From: Candidatus Babelota bacterium
GTDB lineage: Bacteria > Babelota > Babeliae > Babelales > Vermiphilaceae
NCBI GenBank assembly: GCA_039809905.1
Contig: JBDHVY010000001.1
Coordinates: 1,110,001 to 1,142,000, forward strand
Direction of reading: 5' to 3'
Length of the DNA stretch: 32,000 nt
Made by a program: the position numbers and the translations under genes. The stretch's first letter is position 1. The number at the start of each line of letters is the position of its first letter. The notes beneath the pieces are model-generated. The model was not told the DNA's origin and searched no databases. It saw only the letters and a list, made by a program, of their open reading frames with translations. Below, one piece after another: positions 24,997 through 32,000 of this stretch.

Positions 24997-27462
24997 TTAT
25001 TTTTTCACGTGTTCTCTGGTAAATGTAAACAATGCTTGCTCGTCATCTTCTGATTGTACAACCATTGATGGATCTTGCCGGTCAATTTTATTATCGATAT
25101 ATTTGGTAATTGATTCCAATGTTATTGGTTTTCTTATTTTACTTGTTTCTTGTGGTGTTAATAAGCTGTTTGCAATGGTTGCAATAGGAGCTGATTTTAC
25201 TGGCTGTGAACTGAATCTGATTTTTTTCATATATGCGTAAAGATTTTTTGGATCTTCAAAGTTTTTAATTGCAAAGCTACATTGATAGATATTTTGATTG
25301 AGTTCAAAATATACTTTTATATTGAGTCCTATTGTGCCAATTTTAACATCTTGAGCAGTAATAGGGTTCATTTGCATTGGTTGGCTTGGTGTCATAGGAC
25401 TAGAACCAGATACATTTTTCATCTGTATAATAAAGTTTTTAATTGCACCTTGTTGTGCAGGTAATCCAGACTGTTGATAATCAATGCCTTTTAAGGTTTG
25501 GACTACCGATGTTTGCGGGTATTGCCGTGCATTAAGATATGTACTATGAAATAAAAATGATTGGAGTGTGCCTTCAAAGTTTATTTCTTTAAAGCTATGA
25601 ATCGCTTCATATGCAGGAGTGAATTTCGATGGCGATGGAAACACTATAGCAGTATGACCACTACTACTTTCTTTACCTAAGTTGAGAGGAACGCCAATAC
25701 GCCGTGTAGTTATCATAAGAACATCAATATCAGCACTGCGCACATCAATAGGTTTTCTTTCACGTTCATGATCTTGGACAATCTTACGCGTTAAAATTTT
25801 TGTACTTTTGCTTAATGGTATTGCTTTAAAAAAGCCAGCTTTAGGAAAACGAACAAACGCTTGATTTTGTGGCCTATCATCTAAGTTGACAGTTTTAAGA
25901 ATAGTCTGAATAGAATCGTTTCTTCTTTCTTTTGTTGTGATAAACTTTCTTATAAGACTAAAGAATTCTGAGAAGTTTTGCCCTGTAATTTGTATGCCGG
26001 GCTTATCGCTGCGTACTTCTATTTTTACTTGAGATGAGGTATATCCTTCTTGTATTCCTTGCGATGATGCAATAAAATCTACGTCCAGTTTTGAAAGTGT
26101 TTCATTAACAAAAGTTTGATTAGAGCCACCTGCAAAACAGGTTACATAATGTACAAATGCAGTAGTAAGACTTCCATCAAAAAAAGTCATTAATTGTGCA
26201 AAGTCAGGTGCCATGATTCCTGCTATTTGAGCAGATTCAGGGACAAGTTGTGTATTTGACCATCCCGATCTTCCTTCCAACATTTTTTCATATTCTTTTG
26301 CTTTTGCTCCAACAAAAGCTGTTGGCATTCTTTGTTGTGTCTTTGGATCTATTATGTGATAGTTTTTTGGATTATCAAGATGAGCTTTCATCATAGCATA
26401 TTGTTGGCGTACAAATTCCATTGTCATATGAGCTGGGCTACCATGTCCGGTGAGATATATGATCCACTTGCTGTTATCTTGGTTAGGTGAAATTGGTATG
26501 CCATTTCTTTCTTGTATCGTAAACATTGATGTTAGATTAAAAATAAATTTATCACTGTTTTCGGGTTTTGTTTTTTCTATCTGCAGTTGTTTGAGAAGAT
26601 TGTTTGGGGTTGTATCTGTTATTGTGGTCAGTACTGCTTGATTAAAGCCGCATGCTGCTGCTTGATCACTGAGGCTTAAATTTATAGCCTTGGATGAATT
26701 AGCACGAATATATTCTTTTGGTATCAGCAACACTAATTTTTCTGATTTATGAAAGTAGCAATTAAGATTGTTTGCATCAAAAAGAATATTGCCCAGAAAG
26801 AATACTGAAAGAGAACTTATTCCAGCAACTCTGACATTGGCAAGCAACTGTTGTGATGCTTTAAGTTGTTCCATGGCAGATAAGGAGCGTAATTTTTGTA
26901 AATTCTGATCACCTATTTGTTGGCGCACGGTAAGAATAATTTCAAATACATTGTGCGTCATTATTATCGGAGCTGCTTTTTGGTAGAGCGTAATGAGTGC
27001 CGTTTGAACCATTGATTCGGCACCTCTTTCTACCGTTTCTTTTTTTCGGGGATCGAGGGCCATAACAACATTATTGGTGATAAAACCTTTTTCAATAGGT
27101 ATATTTTTTTGTGGTGCTTGAGGCTGTGCAACTGGTTGAACAGGTATTATTGGTTGTGCTTGAGGTATAGGTTTGGGTTGTTGAAATCCTGGTTGTACTG
27201 GTTTTGGTTTCTGCACAGCGGGAGCTTGTGCCGTTGGAATAGGTTTTTGCTGTGCAGGAAGTTGTGCCGCAGGAGCAATCTTTTTTACTGGTTGCGGTGC
27301 GGGTTTTACTGCCGGTATAGGTTTTGCTGGTGTTGGTACTGGTACTGGAACAACTTGTTGTACCGGTTGCTGAGGTATATTTTGTTGAGCTGTTCTCTTT
27401 GCGCTTACCAAATTGATTGCACATAGTGCTAAGAGTATGATGCTATTTTTGAAAATTTTCAT
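24997..27462 (-). CDS. Large secreted protein, candidate caspase-like (clan CD) peptidase
   Basis: Signal MKIFKNSIILLALCAINLVSAKR; long Pro/Gln-rich linker; strand-HG motif KWIIYLTGHGSPAH and strand-Cys motif FVHYVTCFAGGSNQ. Confidence 0.7.
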   Translation of the reverse strand: MKIFKNSIILLALCAINLVSAKRTAQQNIPQQPVQQVVPVPVPTPAKPIPAVKPAPQPVKKIAPAAQLPAQQKPIPTAQAPAVQKPKPVQPGFQQPKPIPQAQPIIPVQPVAQPQAPQKNIPIEKGFITNNVVMALDPRKKETVERGAESMVQTALITLYQKAAPIIMTHNVFEIILTVRQQIGDQNLQKLRSLSAMEQLKASQQLLANVRVAGISSLSVFFLGNILFDANNLNCYFHKSEKLVLLIPKEYIRANSSKAINLSLSDQAAACGFNQAVLTTITDTTPNNLLKQLQIEKTKPENSDKFIFNLTSMFTIQERNGIPISPNQDNSKWIIYLTGHGSPAHMTMEFVRQQYAMMKAHLDNPKNYHIIDPKTQQRMPTAFVGAKAKEYEKMLEGRSGWSNTQLVPESAQIAGIMAPDFAQLMTFFDGSLTTAFVHYVTCFAGGSNQTFVNETLSKLDVDFIASSQGIQEGYTSSQVKIEVRSDKPGIQITGQNFSEFFSLIRKFITTKERRNDSIQTILKTVNLDDRPQNQAFVRFPKAGFFKAIPLSKSTKILTRKIVQDHERERKPIDVRSADIDVLMITTRRIGVPLNLGKESSSGHTAIVFPSPSKFTPAYEAIHSFKEINFEGTLQSFLFHSTYLNARQYPQTSVVQTLKGIDYQQSGLPAQQGAIKNFIIQMKNVSGSSPMTPSQPMQMNPITAQDVKIGTIGLNIKVYFELNQNIYQCSFAIKNFEDPKNLYAYMKKIRFSSQPVKSAPIATIANSLLTPQETSKIRKPITLESITKYIDNKIDRQDPSMVVQSEDDEQALFTFTREHVKK
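27092..27390 (-). repeat. Low-complexity Pro/Gln/Ala-rich coding tract within the large secreted protein
   Basis: VPVPVPTPAKPIPAVKPAPQ...QPKPVQPGFQQPKPIPQAQPIIPVQPVAQPQAPQKNIP. Confidence 0.8.
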
Positions 27463-27760
27463 ATATATTTCCTTTTAAAGATAATGATTTAATGTAGCAT
27501 GGTGGCAAAGATAAGGATCAAGGGTTTTAAGAGAATAATTTTTGCAAAGCTATCTATGTAGTAGCTATTGCAGTAGATGAACAATATAATCAATTTAACG
27601 AACGTTTTAAGCGTATTAATAAAGATAATATCAATACCAAGCATTTATTAGAATGTACATCTAAAATGAACAATTGTTTACAGATGTTGTGGAGATATAA
27701 AAATAGTTTGTCAGATGCTAGTATTTCCTCAACTCTTGATTTGCCGAATTGTTTACTTCT

Positions 27761-29620
27761 TTACCAAGAAACGCCGCCTTTTAACCAAACGGTCCAAAAG
27801 GAAAGTGCGCAGTTAATACATTTATCATCGCCAATGGCTGGTGGTGGTCCTGCTTGCCTGCCAAATTCAATTTCTGATCCAAGCCCAATGTCTGCATGTG
27901 CTCTGCCACGGGTGTTAATAACATGGTTGTAATGGGTAAATATTTTGTGCGAAAAGCCACTTGTTGTCGCACTATTACAATCAATATCCAAAGAGCTGAT
28001 AAATACTGGTTGAATGGAAGTCTTGATTTGGTTAGTAATTAGACTGTCCTCTTTGGATGCAACAAGACGTTGATTGTTTCCGGCAAATGCAGGTTGTGGA
28101 AAATCAATGCCAGGATTTTTATGAGCATTCTGAATTTGGACAGCACGTTCTGTTGGATTTGAACTGACACCCACTTTGGGCACATTTGCGCCATAATTGA
28201 TTGTTGCCCTTGTTTGCGTTGCAGAAAGTGCAACAGGAGTTTGCAAAGGTAAATCATTAGGATTATTTTGTTCTCCAATAAATCCAAAAACTTGTGCATC
28301 TCCCTTGATTGCCCACGTGTTTTGAGCAAACTGACATTTGTTTGATAGAGAAATTTGTTCGCATCCTCGTTTCCAGGCATTGTAACCAAATGTCCAATAA
28401 TTATCTTTGTGTGTGTAAGAACAGTATAATGCAACGTCAGCTTGTGCATTTGTTCGTACAATAACATCATAGGTGGTTAAATTGACAATTGAAGTAACTT
28501 CACGATCAAATTGTGCAATGGGTGTAATGCCATTTCCGGTCAAATTATCAGTGATTGTTGAAGTCATTTTTTCTGCAAGCATATAGCGGCTGTTTGGTTT
28601 TCCTTTAAGATCAAATGAACGGCGTTGGTGTGCTCTAAAGATGTGGTTTACTAATGCATCGATAAAAAAATCAACACGTTCTTCTTGTTCTTCATTGCTC
28701 CATACAACTGCGTGGGCAGTAACACCAAATCCCAATTCCCAATGATGTTGGTTCCCAACAATTGGTTCAAAAAGATATATACTTTTTGGACGATTACCAC
28801 ACGGGACGGCAACTTGCATTTTTATGCCGACATGATGCAAATCTTTTATAAAATGATCGTACCCTACATTTGTTCGTAATTCAGCACAATGAATTGCTCG
28901 TTGTGAACATGGTGACATTTTACCAAACTGTAATGGATGAAAAGTAAGATCACTAATAGTTGGTACACTGCATCCTGAAATATATTGCATGAACCCATTT
29001 AGAATATCTTTTCGTTCTACGCCATCAGGGTTAAAATATCCTGGAGCGTAACCGTTTGTACCTGCGTTGATGATTGCTTCTTTGATATTGAGATCCCAAT
29101 TGGTATAAACAATGGGTAAAAAGACCTCAGCATATAATCCTTTTACGGCATGATTAAAACCAAAAAAAGATTGTAATTCTACAACAACATTATTCACACG
29201 TGGGCGGAAACGCACCATACTCCTAAAATCAGTTGGTAGACCAAAATAATCAGCGAGCCAATCTTTTTGAGGAGTTCGTTTTTCTGTTTGACTTCCTGAT
29301 ACTATAATAAAATCTTTCCATTCGGTATCACCACTTCCTCGCCATACTACATTTTCTCCGAATAAACACTGATTAATTCGTTCTGGTCTAAAAGATGATT
29401 GTGCTGATAAAGATATCGCGTAAGTGCTATATTTTTTTTCTTGAGTGGGACAATGAATTACTTGATCCCAACCTGATACAACGCGTGGTGTATTAAAACC
29501 TTGCGATCGTGGTGAAATAATAGTAATGACTTGCGTGTTTTGTGAGTGAAGCACAGCAGAAAACAACAAAAATAAATAGATAATAAAATATATATTAATT
29601 ATCTTCATTTTATTTATCAT
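27761..29620 (-). CDS. Putative outer-membrane/beta-barrel family protein, paralog B
   Basis: Signal-like INIYFIIYLFLLFSAVLHS; ISPRSQGFNTPRVVSGW, VSGSQTEKRTPQKDWLADYFGLPTDF, RRSFDLKGKPNSRYMLAEKM, terminal SFWTVWLKGGVSW. Confidence 0.78.
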   Translation of the reverse strand: MINKMKIINIYFIIYLFLLFSAVLHSQNTQVITIISPRSQGFNTPRVVSGWDQVIHCPTQEKKYSTYAISLSAQSSFRPERINQCLFGENVVWRGSGDTEWKDFIIVSGSQTEKRTPQKDWLADYFGLPTDFRSMVRFRPRVNNVVVELQSFFGFNHAVKGLYAEVFLPIVYTNWDLNIKEAIINAGTNGYAPGYFNPDGVERKDILNGFMQYISGCSVPTISDLTFHPLQFGKMSPCSQRAIHCAELRTNVGYDHFIKDLHHVGIKMQVAVPCGNRPKSIYLFEPIVGNQHHWELGFGVTAHAVVWSNEEQEERVDFFIDALVNHIFRAHQRRSFDLKGKPNSRYMLAEKMTSTITDNLTGNGITPIAQFDREVTSIVNLTTYDVIVRTNAQADVALYCSYTHKDNYWTFGYNAWKRGCEQISLSNKCQFAQNTWAIKGDAQVFGFIGEQNNPNDLPLQTPVALSATQTRATINYGANVPKVGVSSNPTERAVQIQNAHKNPGIDFPQPAFAGNNQRLVASKEDSLITNQIKTSIQPVFISSLDIDCNSATTSGFSHKIFTHYNHVINTRGRAHADIGLGSEIEFGRQAGPPPAIGDDKCINCALSFWTVWLKGGVSW

Positions 29621-29622
29621 GT

Positions 29623-31413
29623 TTAAAATGTTGCCCCAGTTTTAACCCATAATCCCCATTGGCAAGCACTGCTTTGAGGATTATGATCTTCACAACTATT
29701 GCAATTTTGTTTTGTTCCCGGTGCCCATTCAACTTCACCACCAAAACCAAGATATGGTTGCCATGCTACTTTATCATTCCAAGTGTATGAAAGATGACCA
29801 AATAATTTATTTGAAGAACCGCTTGTTTGAGCACTATCAAAATTAAGATCATTACGAGTAATAAAAATTGGTGGAACTGATGTATTAATAAAGTTAGCTG
29901 GTGCGGATGGACTATTTGGTGCATAGACTAAATTTATTGGAGTACCGGTAGTAGGATTTGTTTGTGCTGCTTGAGGAAAATCAATGCCAGGATTTGTTGC
30001 AGGGTTAGTAGTATTGCCAGCAGCAGAAATATTTTTGCCTGCGTGTATTGTGGCATTATCTTGTGTTGCAGAAAGAGCAATAGAGGTTGTTGAGTTTGGT
30101 AAATACCCAAAGATTTGAGCATCACCTTTGAGTGCAAACATTTTTTCGGTAAATGATTCATTTTGTCTGAGGGTAATATTATCCGCAGATCTTCCCCAAT
30201 AATTATAGCCAAAATCAAAACTCCAATTTCTATGTGTAGCATTAAGCATTAATACAATATCTGCTTGTATGGCAACGCTTACCTCAACATCAAGCGTGGT
30301 AATATTTGCAAGGGGAAGAAAATCGTTATCAAATTGAGCAGATGGTACTTGTCCATTTGCACCTTTCAAATTTACTGCAGGAGATGTCATTTCCATTGCA
30401 AGCATGTATCTGCTCAAGCTTCCTGCGCGTGTTAGATCAAATGTACGTGCTTGGCGTGTTCTGAAAAGATGGGTGATATTCATATCAATATAAAAACAAC
30501 AATGACTGAGCTCATCTTCACTGTACCAAAAATCATAATGACCATTAAGACCAAAACCAAGTTCCCAAAAATGACCGTTTCCAACTAATGGTTCAAACAA
30601 AAAAAGAGCATCAGGGCGTAAGCCTGTTGGCCATGCAATTTGCCCATTAACACCTACATGATAATCGGGTTTTGCAAAAAAATTCCATCCAACAGCGGTA
30701 CGAATTTCTCCCATGCGACTTTTTAACAAGCGTTCAGTACTCATCTGAGCAAAATTCAATTCTTCAAAAGCAATATTTTCTGTGTTTTGTATAGCTTTAC
30801 CATTAACAAAGTCGGTAAAGCTATCAAGTAATTGATTGCGCATCATGCCACTGGGAGTAAGATATCCTGGTGTGCTATTATTGACACCGGGATTGATAAT
30901 GTTTTCAGTGATATTTAAATCCCATCGTGTATGTGCAAATGGTGCGTGCATGACAAAATAAAGACCTTTTGCCCATGCATCAAGACCAAGATAAAAACCA
31001 AAATCAAGAATAACGTTATCAATAACTGGTTTAAATTGAACTGTACTTTCAAAATCAGTTGGTAAATAAAAATAATCTGCAAGTAAATCACGTGGACCAC
31101 GATTACCTGATTGTGAACCAGAAATTTTAAGGTGTTGTGCGCAATCCTTGCCAATAAGATTATCACCAAACAATGTTTTGGTAATGGTATGACCATGAAA
31201 AGTATGAGTATATTCAGGAGTTATACTTAATGCTCCGTATACTCTTTCAGGAGAATTATCTTTATTAATGTAATTTGTCCATCCTGCAAGATCACGAGCT
31301 GCATTACGAGAAATTGAACGAGTATTAAAAGATGTTGCAACGTTTTGTTCTGCTTGAGCGCAAGGAATGAGAGTTGCAGAAAGCGCAAGAGAATAAAGGT
31401 ATCTTTTTTTCAC
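29623..31413 (-). CDS. Putative outer-membrane/beta-barrel family protein, paralog C
   Basis: Signal MKKRYLYSLALSATLIPCAQA; RSISRNAARDLAGW, ISGSQSGNRGPRDLLADYFYLPTDF, ARTFDLTRAGSLSRYMLAMEM, terminal CQWGLWVKTGATF. Confidence 0.8.
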   Translation of the reverse strand: MKKRYLYSLALSATLIPCAQAEQNVATSFNTRSISRNAARDLAGWTNYINKDNSPERVYGALSITPEYTHTFHGHTITKTLFGDNLIGKDCAQHLKISGSQSGNRGPRDLLADYFYLPTDFESTVQFKPVIDNVILDFGFYLGLDAWAKGLYFVMHAPFAHTRWDLNITENIINPGVNNSTPGYLTPSGMMRNQLLDSFTDFVNGKAIQNTENIAFEELNFAQMSTERLLKSRMGEIRTAVGWNFFAKPDYHVGVNGQIAWPTGLRPDALFLFEPLVGNGHFWELGFGLNGHYDFWYSEDELSHCCFYIDMNITHLFRTRQARTFDLTRAGSLSRYMLAMEMTSPAVNLKGANGQVPSAQFDNDFLPLANITTLDVEVSVAIQADIVLMLNATHRNWSFDFGYNYWGRSADNITLRQNESFTEKMFALKGDAQIFGYLPNSTTSIALSATQDNATIHAGKNISAAGNTTNPATNPGIDFPQAAQTNPTTGTPINLVYAPNSPSAPANFINTSVPPIFITRNDLNFDSAQTSGSSNKLFGHLSYTWNDKVAWQPYLGFGGEVEWAPGTKQNCNSCEDHNPQSSACQWGLWVKTGATF

Positions 31414-31603
31414 GGTTGTTATCCTTTTTTTTAAGCGCTCATATTACATCTTAAAGCATTATCAGCTTTGATAAAAAAAGGCAACGGTCTAGTGTAACCC
31501 CAATTACGTTTTGCTTCATTGTGGACACCAGTATAGAGTAACGGAGTTGGAAATAAGAGTATTGGCTTAAAGACAGTAATAATTTCAGTTTTTTAATTCT
31601 ATG

Positions 31604-31633
31604 TTGACTTGTTGATAAGCTTTATTGCATAAT
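31604..31633 (+). promoter_or_regulatory. Candidate sigma70-type promoter for the methyltransferase gene
   Basis: TTGACT, 18-bp spacer, CATAAT, 43 nt upstream of the ATG at 31677. Confidence 0.5.
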
Positions 31634-31676
31634 TGAATTATAAAAACAAGTAGTTTTACTTTAATAAAGGATTGCT

Positions 31677-32000
31677 ATGAAAAAAATAATAAAAATAATG
31701 GTAGTTGTTTTTGTTTGTTATAGCTATGCCATGGATTTAACTAATGAAACATTATATCAAGGTTTATGCACCGAATTTTGGGATTTAGATAAACCAACAG
31801 CTGAACCGAATCAATATAATTTTTTTCGTTCTTATATTGCGCAAGCATCAGGACCTGTTTTAGAGCCAATGTGTGGAACGGGTCGTTTTCTTATTCCACT
31901 CGTTGAAGAAGGGTTTGAAATAGAAGGATTTGATGCTTCTCCATTTATGTTTAATGAGTTATGTAAAAAATGTAAGGCAAAAAATATATCTCCACGCGTA
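31677..32000 (+). CDS. Class I SAM-dependent methyltransferase, N-terminal part, preceded by a signal-peptide-like segment (truncated by window end)
   Basis: Translation from the sequence: MKKIIKIMVVVFVCYSYAMDLTNETLYQGLCTEFWDLDKP...GPVLEPMCGTGRFLIPLVEEGFEIEGFDASPFMFNEL. Motif I is EPMCGTGRF. Confidence 0.8.
   Translation, partial: MKKIIKIMVVVFVCYSYAMDLTNETLYQGLCTEFWDLDKPTAEPNQYNFFRSYIAQASGPVLEPMCGTGRFLIPLVEEGFEIEGFDASPFMFNELCKKCKAKNISPRV

Noticed and set aside
27092-27426. ORFs on both strands (110 aa minus, 105 aa plus) overlapping the Pro-rich tract
   Set aside because: They are alternate-frame or antisense readings of low-complexity Pro/Gln coding sequence inside the 24997-27462 gene, with skewed composition (Ser/Thr- or Cys/Trp-rich).
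21770-27462. Interpretation as a classical anti-phage defence operon because of the macro domain and caspase-like protein
   Set aside because: All the proteins carry Sec-type signal peptides and Pro-rich linkers, which does not fit a cytosolic defence system; an exported effector-like role fits better.
28039-30242. Minus-strand ORFs 28039-28470 and 29934-30242
   Set aside because: Out-of-frame within the long outer-membrane protein genes on the same strand; low-complexity composition and no plausible start context.
31490-31560. Possible third copy of the CCCC...GGGG hairpin element near ccccaattacgttttgcttcattgtgg
   Set aside because: It lacks the conserved ACAGAGTGGA loop core and does not form the matching stem.
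1-32000. CRISPR arrays, rRNA and tRNA genes
   Set aside because: No regularly spaced repeats, rRNA-like conserved sequence or tRNA cloverleaf was recognised by eye. Running tRNAscan-SE and a CRISPR finder would be decisive for small RNA genes.

Overview
The window looks like chromosomal DNA from a host-associated or intracellular Gram-negative bacterium. Gene content and AT-rich style are reminiscent of Candidatus Dependentiae/Babeliae, but that placement is an inference. The first part is mostly housekeeping: the 3' end of gyrA, dprA, a TroA/ZnuA-type metal-binding protein, a separated ABC ATPase plus two ABC-3 permeases, an M48-like metallopeptidase, rpmF, plsX, a TPR-like membrane protein, gltX, a GIY-YIG nuclease, a FabD-like protein and acpP. 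From about 18.5 kb to 31.4 kb, the minus strand is almost entirely secreted or outer-membrane-type proteins. One group is a compact four-gene array (21.77-27.46 kb). Its products have similar signal peptides, Pro/Gln-rich linkers and, in three of them, a recurring roughly 80-aa helical module. C-termini differ: a macro domain, nothing, an unknown domain, and (in the fourth protein, where the module is not clear) a caspase-like clan CD His/Cys candidate. The second group is a family of three full-length putative outer-membrane proteins ending in BAM-type aromatic beta-signals, plus a truncated C-terminal copy and a smaller 3' remnant. Other notable signals are REP-like inverted repeats flanking a GIY-YIG gene, a second hairpin repeat family with a conserved loop and changed stem bases, an 87-nt-spaced in-frame duplication of the FabD-like C-terminus, loss of the FabD nucleophile motif (GHSxG to GYNNG), and an apparent signal peptide on a methyltransferase. 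No rRNA, tRNA or CRISPR array was recognised.
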